Assembly (NCBI GenBank): GCA_964016885.1
Contig: OZ024742.1
Coordinates: 195,486,001-195,550,000, forward strand
Direction: 5' to 3'
DNA length: 64,000 nucleotides
Source of the DNA: Eledone cirrhosa
Taxonomy: Eukaryota
Below, in pieces: positions 17,823 through 29,504 of this stretch (its first letter is position 1; every line of letters starts with the position of its first letter). The position numbers and the translations under genes are program-made. Below the pieces are notes generated by a model that saw only the letters and a program-made list of their open reading frames with translations, was not told where the DNA came from and did not search any database.

Positions 17823-17883
<61 letters not shown>

Positions 17884-17953
17884 TGTGTCCTAAAAAATGT
17901 ATACACACTTCAACACCATTGTAATCAAAATGTGTATATATTTGGTGGGGGGG

Positions 17954-18088
<135 letters not shown>

Positions 18089-18275
18089 AGTATATATATG
18101 TGTGTGTGTGTGCGTGTGTCTACAATATACATCAGGTTTTAGCCTATTAGCAGCTTAAGAGGGACTATATTTCACATCCCGCCATGGTATGATAACAGCT
18201 TTCCACAAGCCTTTATTGGTGTAAACAATTATACCTTCAGTTTCTCTGGTTGTCTGACTATTTTAACAAACATTA

Positions 18276-18460
18276 GGATTGGCAGTATCGGTAGAGGGTC
18301 GGACGCCATACTTTCCAGTATAGAGTTACGTCCTTTTACGGTCTGAGTTCAAATCCCGCCGAGGTTAACTTTGCCTTTCATCCTTACGGGGTCGATAAAA
18401 TAAAGTACCAGTAATGCACTGGGATAATTGCTGGCCTTGTGCCAAAAGTAGAAACAATTA
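18276..18460 (+). mobile_element. tRNA-derived SINE (same family as 7411)
   Basis: GGATTGGCAGTATCGGTAG...GAGTTCAAATCCCGCC...GGCCTTGTGCCAAAAGTAGAAACAATTA. Confidence 0.88.
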
Positions 18461-18494
18461 TTATTTTGCAACAGTTTGGAACAATAGAATGGAT

Positions 18495-18840
18495 ATGCGT
18501 CGGTTTTTACGATGATTGTTCCAATTGTTCGATATGCTGAACAGCGTGCTCATGAAATTAACATGCTAATGGCTGAGTATACCGTATACACGTGTACTTT
18601 TCATGCAGTTCTCGGAGAGATTCGGCGTTATACAGCCTGTGAAAAGCTGACCCCTTTGAATTACAAGTGCACTTCATCCAATTGGGCTTCCAAACCGTTT
18701 CTGTCTACCCAATTGCAGTCACAAGGTATGGATCGACATGAAGCTATGTTAAATGTCACTTGACCACGACTCCACGCAATGTAATCGAACCCGAGATCTA
18801 ATCATTGCGAGACGGACTCCTTTATGACTCAGTCATGTTG
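18495..18840 (-). mobile_element. Old SINE of a second family (CORE-like)
   Basis: B-box relic GGTTCGATTAC on the minus strand; 3' half resembles the reverse complement of about 20680-20845. Confidence 0.5.
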
Positions 18841-19289
18841 TGTTCACTAAAACAATTTAATATTAAATTGAACACTTCAAAAATCAATAATGTTCTACAT
18901 TAAAAATGTTTTCTTTTCTTTGTTTGTGTTTTTGTTGTTGTTGTTGTGTTTTTGTGTTTTTGTGTTTTTTTTTTTTGTTTTTACTTAACGAAGGAATAAC
19001 TCTAATGAAGGGTGTTCTTAATTAATTTATTAATTAGATGGTATTTGATATTGTATAGCAATTACTTGTTAGATTTTATTTGGGAAAGTTCACATGATGA
19101 TGTACTGGCTCTATTTCTCAGAAGTACAAAATACGAGATATTGGTTTACAACAGTAGTGTGATGGGGACGGTGAGGGAGTATACGATCGTGCAAAACATC
19201 ATGTAATGTTGGGTTGCACTAATTGTCCCACCAAGAGCATAAAATAACACGTGGTATTGTGCTGTGTTAGTAACAAGCCGCGAAAAGCT

Positions 19290-19965
19290 AGTAATGTAAA
19301 ATAGAGGTCCATGCCAAGCTGGTAACAGACCCTGGACAGATATAACATATAGGCTCGAAGATAGCTGGTATTATGCCCAAGACAGATATAAAATGTAGGC
19401 CCATTCAAAGCTGGCATTATGCCTCGGACAGATATAAAATGTAGGCCCATTCAAAGCTGGCATTATGCCTAGAACAGATATAAAATGTAGGACCATTCAA
19501 AGCTGGCATTATGCCTAGGACAGATATAAAATATAGGCCCATTCAAAGCTGGCATTATGCCTAGGACAGATATAAAATGTAGGCCCATTCAAAGCTGGTA
19601 ATAGGCCCAGATCAGATGTAAAATGTAGACCCGTTCAAAACTGGTAATAGGCCCAGGCTAAATGTAGATACGTGTAAAGTTGTTAATAGGCCCAAGCCTG
19701 ATGAAGAATATAGATACGCGTAAAGCTGGTAATAGGCCCAAGCCTGATGTAGAATATAGATACGTATAAAGCTGGTAATAGGCCCAAGCCTGATGTTGAA
19801 TATAGATACGTGTAAAGCTGGTAATAGACCCAAGCCTGATGTTGAATATAGATACGTGTAAAGCTGGTAATAGGCCCAAGCCTGATGTATAGTGTAGGTA
19901 CGTATAAAGCAGATAATAAGCCTAGGCCAGGTGTAGAATGGAAGCCCGTGCAAAGCAAGCAATAG
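19290..19965. repeat. 46-bp minisatellite, about 14 units, two variant blocks
   Basis: AGGCCCATTCAAAGCTGGCATTATGCCTAGGACAGATATAAAATGT grading into AGGCCCAAGCCTGATGTTGAATATAGATACGTGTAAAGCTGGTAAT. Confidence 0.92.
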
Positions 19966-20337
19966 GTCCCATTTCTAACTGAAAATTAAGTATTTTAATA
20001 ACTAGTACTAAATACATACGATTTATGTTTCGGGTATATACGTGGGCATATAGTATGGGTTATGTCCTTACATGTAGCAAAATAGATTGAAAGAACTAAA
20101 ACTTGAAATAGAGTAGGCCTTCCCAAAGACCCAAGACATGCCGTTCAGTCATCCTGCTTTACATCTGTTCTGATCTGGTGATAATTGAAGACTTGGAAAA
20201 CTTTGTGTCTGTGGGGTGTACGGAATAGCGAGAGGGAGTGGGGACAAGTATGCCAGTGGGAATGGGACTAAGATTATGAGCTGACCTACTTACCTTAAAG
20301 TGAAGGCTAAGTGATTATTGTGATCAGCTCCCTAAGG

Positions 20338-20540
20338 GAGTATCGGTATAGAGTCGGACACCATGCTTTGCAGCCTAGAGTTACGGCCCTTTATGGTCTG
20401 GGTTCAAATCCCGACGAGGTTAACTTTGCCTTTCATCCTTACTGGGTCGATAAAATGAAGCACCAGTAACGTACTGGGGTCGATTTAATCGACTTTTCCT
20501 TCCCCCAAATTACTGGCCTTGTGTCTATAGTAGAAATCAT
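20338..20540 (+). mobile_element. tRNA-derived SINE, long variant
   Basis: Same family; retains the GGTCGATTTAATCGACTTTTCCTTCCCCC segment that most copies lack. Confidence 0.85.
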
Positions 20541-20544
20541 TGTG

Positions 20545-20848
20545 TTCAGTTCCCTATCTTAGGATAGTGAGTTTAATTTTCGGAGGATAATAGTACTGTG
20601 CCCTTGAGCAAAACGCTGTCTTTGCCGTAGCTCATACCCACTCAACTGGATAAAATGAGTCGTACGTGTTATGTTAAGGACCAGCCTTGTCACACAACGT
20701 ATCACGTTGAATCTCCCTGAGAACTAAGTTAAATTTATACGTGTCTATGAAATGCTTAGGTACTTGTAAGTAAAGTTTTACGAGCAAGCTGTTCGATTGA
20801 TCGAAACAATTGGAGCACTCATCGTTAAAACCGATGGAGGTCCAACAC
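20545..20848 (+). mobile_element. Old CORE-like SINE
   Basis: CORE-like TGTGCCCTTGAGCAAAACGC; tail shared with 18495-18840. Confidence 0.5.
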
Positions 20849-21034
20849 ATTTGCCTTAAATGCCGTGAGGGGGTTCATTGATAAAAATGACTGTATCGAT
20901 CCCCCTTCCATCTAGCCATATTCTGTCCACAGAAAGAAAAAAAATCAATATTTCTTTATCCAGGCATATCAGGTCAATTAAATGTTAATATTATTATTAT
21001 TATTGTGGTTGTTTGTGTGTGTAGGGAGGAGGGA

Positions 21035-21741
21035 TAATGGTGGTGGTGGTAGTGGTAGTGGTAGTGGTGGTGGTAGTGGTGGTGATGGCGATTGTAATGA
21101 TGGTGGTGGTAGTAGTGGTGGTGATGGTGGTGATAATGACGCTGGCAGTGTCGGTGGTAGTTCTGGAGGTGGTGATGTTGGTGATGATGGTGGTGGGGGG
21201 TAGTGCTGAAGGTGGTAGTGGCGGTGGTAGAGTTGGTGATGGTCATTGTAATGATGGTGGTGGTAGTAGTGGTGGTAGTGGTGGTGGTGGTGGTAGTAGT
21301 AGTGTCGGTGGTAATGGTAGTGATAGTAGTGGTGTTGGTGGTGGTGGTGGTGATCGTGGTGGTGTTAGTGGTGGTGGTGGGGGTTGTGGTGATCGTGGTG
21401 TTGTTGGTGGTGGTGTTGTTGGGTTGGTGGTAATTATGGTGATAGTGACGGTGGTAGTGGTGCTGGTGGTGGTGTAGGTGGTTGTGGTATTAGTAGTGCT
21501 GATGATGGTAGTGGGGGTGTGGTGATAGGGGTGGTGCCGCAACATACAAACAGTGCAGCAGTTAATTTTAACAACATAACTCACATGTTGGGGAGAAATC
21601 ATTGATATTCACCACATTGTTTTTTCACATTTCTCATTGCAATCACATGCACGTATATATGTGGAGGGGAGGGGAGCGTGTTTCTATGTGTGTGTGGGTG
21701 TGGGTGGGTGGGTGTGGGTGTGTGTGTGTGTTTGTGTGGGT

Positions 21742-21820
<79 letters not shown>
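21035..21820. repeat. Degenerate (GGT)n tract followed by (TG)n
   Basis: Direct reading. Confidence 0.9.
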
Positions 21821-21823
<3 letters not shown>

Positions 21824-21904
21824 GTAATAACAAAATAACAAAAACAAACGGAACAGTACATAGAAGAAATATATTAGTTTAACGCTTGAAATAGCAGGAA
21901 GAGA

Positions 21905-21941
21905 GACGTAACGTTTCAGACATTAGTCCTTCATCAGAAGA
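21905..21941 (-). ncRNA. Hammerhead ribozyme core (stem I uncertain)
   Basis: Minus strand: CTGATGA-a-ggac-taat-gtct-GAAA-cgtta. Confidence 0.5.
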
Positions 21942-22079
21942 TTTAAAAATAGAAGATAAATAGAAAGAAAAGATTGGTGAGAAGAAGGACGGGGAAAATG
22001 AGAAAAGAATTGGTGAGAAAAAAAACCACGTGCGTATTCAGTCGGCCATCTTGGACATACATATATATATATATATATA

Positions 22080-22545
22080 TGATGATTGCTTCATTTTTGC
22101 AGATGATTGCCGTCTCCCTATACACCCATCACCAACTGCAAACGTCCGTCCATGGCCCCTTAGGTGGCTTTTAAGAGTGATGTACCCAGGTTTAGAGAGC
22201 AGTAAAAGACCACAACTCACAACTCGAGTAAACTCAACTCACAACTCAAGCTCCTTATGTTCTTAAGTGTTTCATGATCAAGACATCTCTCTTTAAATAT
22301 TCTGCAGCCTTGCTTCACATGTCCTCTCCATTCAACTCTCTTTAAAGCAAGCACTTCCCAGTTCTGAACTTCAAACTGTAGATCTTTAAGGTTGTTTTTT
22401 ATGCAATCCTTATATCTTTTTCTTGGTTTGTGCTGAGGGTGTTTCCCAGTGTACAATGACTGTAAAATAGTTGTTTTGGGAGTCTTTCCTCATTCATGCG
22501 CACAACATGGTCTACCCAACGCATTTGAAAGGATATGATGGTAGA
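22080..22545 (-). pseudogene. RTE-clade LINE 3' fragment
   Basis: QMRWVDHVVRMNEERLPKQLFY...KPRKRYKDCIK...WEVLALKRVEWR, typical of the RTE C-terminus. Confidence 0.8.
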
Positions 22546-22550
22546 TTCAA

Positions 22551-22606
<56 letters not shown>

Positions 22607-23141
22607 ACCCCCCCCCCACACACACACACACACACTACCAGTTCAATACTAACTCACATATTATCTCACTCTATCTCATTCTCTCTCTCTCGGCAAAATA
22701 TTACCTCGAAGGACAGAAATCAGCGGCTCGATATGATTTGATTCGAAGAAATGATAGGAAGGCAGAAATAGACTGGATGAATGAGAAGAGGTCAGACGAT
22801 TTTAAATCAGGATGGATTCAGTTTGAAACGGGTTAGATCATTACTCAACAGATACTGGAGATAGTAAAGTATGGTTATATTAAAACCCCGACTATACGGT
22901 CTGGAACTAGCTGTTGAAACGGCATGAGCTCAGCTGTCGGATTCCGACTCTTTATAATATATACATATATATATATATAAATTAATATATATAAATTTTA
23001 AATCGGTGGTTAGTCGAGGGACAGAGTTGTATCGGGTTCCAGTTGCTAATGGTTTTACCGTGTCGGTTGTCACAAACAGTCATGACCGGCATTGGCTGGG
23101 GTTTGGATTCTGTCGATCGATTGGTTATTGATTAGGCGATA

Positions 23142-23252
23142 CCCGCTGATGAAGCCGCATAAGCCGATTGTGCATTGTTGCATAATATATGCAGACGGAT
23201 GGTGCACTGCACCTTACTGCTGCATTAAGTGCGGCCGAAACTCGAGTCCGGG
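23142..23252 (+). ncRNA. Type I hammerhead ribozyme with extended stem II
   Basis: cccg-CTGATGA-a-gccgca...tgcggc-c-GAAA-ctcgag-TC-cggg; GUC cleavage triplet and palindromic stem III. Confidence 0.75.
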
Positions 23253-23657
23253 AACTATTATAGGCACCCGTTTTACGTGTGTTGTACTGAAGCGAATAAC
23301 TATGTGTATACTCTGGGAATGTATCCTACATTACCTATTGAGTACGCTGAGATACAACCGGTCCTGGCATTGATAAATTTGCTGGGTCCGTCAACTCCTT
23401 ATTATATATAGAGATATATAGATAGATAGATAAATAGATATATTTCTTTATTTACCATAAAGGCATAAAAAGAAGGGACAAATACAAAGGGGGAGTTTAC
23501 ATAAAACCGAGTAAAAAGGGTATAAAATGAAAATAATCAAAAACAACCTCAAAAGGGAGGGGACGTGATGGGGGTTGCACACACCCCCGAAAAAGTGTGC
23601 AATCCTTTGCCCGGGGAGCACATGGAGAATGTGCTCCCCTCTCCTTCACTTCTTTAC

Positions 23658-26600
23658 CTACAGGATGGTATACAGAGAAGGCCCATTTACACGAGCCATT
23701 CTCGCCACTATCACCCACCTTTCATAAAACTGCCTGTGGCCAAGCACCTCTCTCTCCATTCTTATCCTTCTTCCGAAGTGATATCGGAAGAAGTAGACCA
23801 GACTATGACCAGAGAGGAAGTTGCCTGACCTCAGACCTTTCAATTGTGTCCACCAAATAACCTCTTTCAACATGGCTATTACGCACAGAAAAACCACCTT
23901 TGCTTCCTTTGTGAAGAGGGGAGGCGGCTTGATTGTCATCACGGACTCGGCGGTCAATCGAATAGGCGCCACCCGCGACAGCAGTCGTTCGGCGTAGCCC
24001 CACAGATCAGCCACGCCCGGACATTGCACCAATGCGTGCGCAACGGTTTCTTCGTGACGCACGCATCTAGGGCAAATGTTTTCGAGGGATCCCTACCCGA
24101 GCGCCCGTGTCTGTAGAGCTTTTCTCGAACGGGTAGAGCCCCCCGATAGCACTGCCAGGCCAGGGACTTCTGGAAGTTGTCCATTGATCCCGGGCCGAAA
24201 GTCCTACCGAACAGGCTGGCCAGTTCGTCCTTTTCCATGTCCAGCGACTCTCCAAGGGTGTCATTGCCCCTGCTAGCCACCAGCCCTCTATAGAATGACG
24301 AGGTGGATTCTCCACCGATGGCCGGGTCCGCTTGCCAGAGAGCCCTGAGCGCCTGGGCACACTCAGTGTGCCAGTCGCCCGGTTTCCCGGATCTTTTCTT
24401 GACCCAGGACTGCAGCTCGGTGAGCGAGACGAGTCTCGGAAAGGCTCGTCTCACGAACGGAGCCCACACCGGTTGACCAGTGAGGAATACCTGTAGGTGC
24501 CGTAGCCTTACTGCGTGCCTACGCATCATCAACCACGGCATCCCCAGCCCTCCTTTCGAAGGTTGTTGGCAGCAGATGGATCTTCTCACCATAGGGGGGC
24601 ACTTTTTCCAAAGAAATTGAAAGAGCATGCGTTCCATGGTGGTGAGTGTTTCCTTAGGGCAAGGCACGACAGTCAGGCGGTAGTAGGTGACGGACGCTAT
24701 GTAAATGTTCGCCACCTCCACTCGACCTTTCAGGGATAGCTTACACTTGGCCCATTTCTGGGTCAGTGCAAACACCTTGCTCGTAACCTCGCCCCAGTTC
24801 TTTTCCACCTGGAGGTCCGGTCCAAACCAGACCCCAAGCAACTTCACCGGGCCCTCCGTGAAGTGTCCGACGACACCGTCGGGAGGCATCGGTCTGCCTC
24901 TCCACGTTCCGAGTTGCAGCCCGATGGATTTTTCCCGGTTCAGTTTCGCTCCTGACAACCTTTCGTATTCCTCGAGTAAGGTGCCAATCGCCTCGATCTC
25001 CGAGTCGGTCGATACCATTACTGTTACGTCATCGGCGTAGGCCGACACCGCTTTTCTCAATCTTGGTTCCAGGGGGATACCTTGCAACAACTCCAACTTC
25101 CTCAGTAAAGGCTCGAGAGTCAATGCGTACAGAAAGGAGGAGAGAGGGCACCCCTGTCGAATGGATCGTGTGATTTCGAACGGCTTCGAAAGGTAGCCGT
25201 TCACCTTGATCCTAGAACAGATGTGGTTGCTATGTAAGGCAGTGATCCAGCCTCTGAAAACAGGACCGAACCCAGCCGCCGCTAGCACCGCATCCAGGTA
25301 ACCATGGTCGACCCTATCGAACGCCTTAGACTGATCCAAGTTGATCAGGGCCCCACCGAAGCCGGGTTTGTTGCCAACCCTCTCTATGATGTATCGCATG
25401 AGGTGGAGGTTGTCGTGAATGGACCTGGATGGGATAGCACATGTCTGCGCATCTCCCACCAGGCTACCCACGACAAGCGCCAACCTCTTTGCTAACACCT
25501 TGGCCAAAATCTTTAACTCTGTGTTTAGCAGGGTTATGGGCCGAAAATTATTTATACTATCCCCTTGTTCTCGTCCTTCCTCACCAGCGAGACTACGCCC
25601 TTGACTACAGAACAAGGAATTCTCCCGTTCTGCTGCCAATTGCAGTAGACTGCTTCGAGGAGTTCGGAGAAGAAGACCGGCATTGCCAAATAAAGTTCGT
25701 AAGGTATACCATCGAGACCTGGAGATTTGCGTCTGCTGCATTGGCTCAACGCATCCCCGATCTCATCAGCCGAGATTGGTCCCTCGCAGGACTCTGCCTC
25801 TTCGCTCGTGAGACGCGGCAGGCCGTCGAGGTATGGACCGAAATCCACGTCCTCGCCCGGACCCCCGCCTCCCCCGAACAATCGGGCAAAGTGCCTTTGA
25901 AAGGCCTCGCACATCTGCTTAGGCTCCCGGATCACCCGTCGATTTCCACTCTTAGATCGATTTCCACTCTTAGCTTCTGTCACGCGGGCCCATCCAACGG
26001 CTTTGGCCCCCTCATTACCTAGAGCACGTATTTTACTTCGAATGGCGCAGCCTTCGTGCTTTGCATCGAAAAACTGGCTCAAGGCCGTCCTCGCTGCCAG
26101 CACTCTAGCCACATCTTCGCTCTTGATTGCCTCTTCTAATTTACCTGTTAATTCTTTCTCGTTCCTATTCCTATCGGCAGCTAACATCTTGCTATAACTT
26201 ATTGATTCTGTTCTAATCTCTCTTTTGAGAGATGCCCACCATCGGTTGTTGACGATTGCACCCGTCAACCTCTCTTTAACTAATCTGCTAATCCGGTCTC
26301 TGTAAGCCTCTTTTGCCGGTAAAGACAAATTAAGTTTCCAGTAACCGGGACCCTGTCTATGTGTTCTCTCGAGGTTGACTACGCAGGTCACTAATTTGTG
26401 ATCTGTATAGCCAACCGTGAGCATTTCTGGACAGCTTAATATGTCCCTATCCTTACTTCTAACTAAGAATCTATCTAAGTACGATCTAGATTGACCACTG
26501 TGGTTCGTCCAAGTCCAGGTTGGCACAGTTGGAAAATCCAGTCGATATCTATCGACCAAGTTAAAACGGTCGAGTAACCCCTTGAGGCTGTTATACCCCC

Positions 26601-27078
26601 CTCTATTAGGACATGCTTCTGCATAGTCCCAACGTGCATCTAGGATGTCATTCCAGTCCCCCGCTAGAAGCAGGGAACGCGACGTTCCCAGAAAAGTCTC
26701 CAGACGACGGAAGAAGTCGGGTCGTTCAGCTCCGAAAGGGGAGTAGACGGCGACCAGTCTCAAGGCCACACCTCCACTACTGCCAACGTCTAGCACCAAC
26801 AAACGACCTTCCGGGTCCGAGTGAACAACCTGTACGGCGAGACCCAGGTGTTTTTCCAGCAGTACGACAACCCCACCCCCACCTCCAGGTTGACAGAGAG
26901 ATGCGTGCACCTCAAAGTCATCGAAGGTAGGGGCCAGCTGCCGCACGACGCTGATCCGAGTCTCACAGATAACCATTACATTTATACCACGTGACCTGAG
27001 GTCATTTAGAAGCTTTGCTTGCTTACAAGTTGAGCCCAGGCCACGTGCATTCAAACATCCTACTCTTAACACATCCAT
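23658..27078 (-). pseudogene. Copy A ORF2 (APE endonuclease, RT, Cys-His domain) split over three frames
   Basis: LNARGL, GDWN, YLDRF, TDH; LDQSKAFDRV, RQGCPLS, AYADD; frameshifts near 25560 and 24075. Confidence 0.92.
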
Positions 27079-27111
27079 GTGGGCAGCAAAGCCAAAGGAG
27101 AGTGTAGAGAC

Positions 27112-28962
27112 CTACCTTTCTGCTTCCAGGGGTTCGGGTCGCACGACTTCCATGGGGTCGGGGATGTTGGGTGAAGGGGTGTCTTGTGGTGGTGTGGGGT
27201 CGTCAGTGTGTGGTGGGGTTGGGGTGTTTGGAGTTGCGTTGTGGAGGGGAAGGGGAGGGGGAAAGCTTTTTAGGAGGACACGGTTTATGGGTTTGACAGA
27301 GGGTGGTCCTACGTCCTCCTTAAAATCCTTTTTTAGTTTTTGGTAGAGGTTCATTGGGACCTTTATTAATTTTAAATGTGGGTAGTTTTCTGAAGAAACA
27401 AAGTTTACCCCTTCGGTTTGTACCGTTTATGAGTTAATTTAATTTATTATTGTTTCTGTTGATGTAAGTATAGTGTAATGTCTTTTTTTCGGATGGTGTG
27501 AGTGTTTCGAAGAGGGGAGGGGCAGGTTTGGTTTTGTTTGTTGCTGGAGGGGGGTTTTCTGTTTTGTTGGATTGTGTTGAGATTTGGGTGGTGGTTGTTT
27601 GGCCTTGTGTGTTTTGCACATGTTTTCTTTTTTTTCCTTTTAATCTGTCTGAAGGACTCCGTTTCTTCCTCCGAATTCGTTGGGTTATCTTCAGTGTTGG
27701 AGGGAAGAGGTATGTTTGCTGGTAATGTTTCCGTGTTAGTTTTCTTTGTGGGGGAGATGGATGTCACTATGTTAGACTGTGTTGTGTGTTGTGGCTGCGG
27801 TGGTTGTGTTGTTTAATTGAGTGAGGGGTTGGGTGGGACTGTGTTTTGTTTTGGGGTAATGTGTTGTGTCTGTTTGTGCTGTGGTGGGGGTGTAGTTTTA
27901 CTGAGGGACGGGTTGGGTGGGACTGAGTTTTGTTGTTTGTTTATCTGTTGTGGTGGTGGTGGAGCTGGTGTTGGTAGCAGGGTTTTCTTCTTGTTGAGTT
28001 GGGGACAAGCCGCCTTCAGGTGCCCTCTGCCTGCACAGATATGACAGGACGGTATTCTCCCCTCCACGCTAATGTTTATATACCCGTGGCCCTCTAATAG
28101 GATTCTGTCGGGTATTTGGGCAATGCGTTCAGGCTTCATTTGCACTACAAGTTCTATACCTGTTCCACTGAACGCATTGCCTGTGGTTTTCCCAATGGAA
28201 ATCACGTTGTCATTCGCTGGATCGATGAAGCCAGCTATGAGCCAGCAGTAGTCCATATCTGGCATCATCGCATCCAGCCATATGCGCTGAGTTCTTTTAC
28301 CCATATAAGGTAAAATTTGTCGAACGAATCGGCGACAAAGCATATTTTTTTGCCGCCGATTCGTTGTTCATAATAATGGCTAGGCTTCCATAGAGCCTGT
28401 CGCTTTAATTTCTGCTTGTGTTGGTTGTTGTGGCTTTTTTGAGATGCTGTTGATGGTGCGGAAAACGACCGTCCGACTTTCAATATCTTTGGTGAGTTCT
28501 TGGGGCATTTTTACTGACAAGGCTCCATTTTCCCCTTGAGTTATGAATTGTTTGGCGTTTTTTATTCTTTGTGCCACATGTGAAATATTTTCAGGTATGT
28601 ATGTTAAAGATTTTTTTGTTGTTTGTGCAAATGAAATGTTATTGGTGTTGACTTTGTCGTCTGTTTTGCTTTCTGTTATGATGTTGCTGTTTTCAAATGT
28701 CATTTTTGTGTTTGTTGTTTCTTTGTTTGTGGTATTAATATTGTCATGCAATTCTTTCATATTTTTTGTTGTTGTTGGAATCAATCTCCAGACCTGTGTC
28801 CTCGTCCACATTTTTCTCCGCACATTCGTCTGTTTTTATTTTATTTTTTCTTTCCTTCTCTATGACGTTAGTTGGGAAGGAATGGGGGACTAAAGCGTGC
28901 GAGCTTACAACTCTTACCGCTGCCCCCCCCCCCCCACTATTTTCGTTAGCTTCGTTTAACAT
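27112..28962 (-). pseudogene. Copy A ORF1, disrupted
   Basis: Fragments collinear with the 625-aa ORF1 of copy C, including the zinc knuckle CHICAGRGHLKAAC. Confidence 0.88.
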
Positions 28963-29173
28963 TTCTTCCAGACGATTGAAATAATTTTATGCAACAAATT
29001 TTTAAAAACAGATTTTTGAGCTGACCCACCGCCTGACAGTTCAGACGGGGGGTCAAGCTACACAATAGTATCAAAATTAAAATTAAACTTACAGAATTTC
29101 CGTAATAAATTGGAACAAAACTTCTGCGCGAAGTGAATTACGTCTACGCTATCGAACAGACGACAGCTAGATT

Positions 29174-29186
29174 AATAGATAGATAA

Positions 29187-29265
<79 letters not shown>

Positions 29266-29266
29266 T
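29174..29266. repeat. (GATA)n spacer between LINE copies A and B
   Basis: Direct reading; equivalent tracts at 23419-23441, 35110-35143, 40939-41020 and 46783-46866. Confidence 0.97.
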
Positions 29267-29504
29267 ATTTCTTTATTAGCCACAGGGGCACAAAAGAAGG
29301 GGACAAATACAAAGGGGGAAGTTTACATACAATAAAAACGTGTAAAATGTTATCACAGATGGAATTTAAAAGTTAGTCGATTTTCCCCAATAGAGGGAGA
29401 CAGTTTATATGGGTAACACATACCCCCGAAAAAAATGTGCAACCCTCATCTCCAGGAGTACGAAGAGCTTGTACTCCTTTCCTCTCCTCCTCCTTTTCCT
29501 CAAT

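Larger units (their letters stand above)
23442..29170 (-). mobile_element. Tx1-like (L1 clade) LINE copy A, full length, frameshifted
   Basis: ORF1 relics 28962-27112, ORF2 relics 27078-23658; 3' end AATAAAGAAAT; (GATA)n at both ends; same family as copy C. Confidence 0.93.

Noticed and set aside
19290-19965. CRISPR array
   Set aside because: Contiguous tandem units without unique spacers, in a eukaryotic context with no cas genes.
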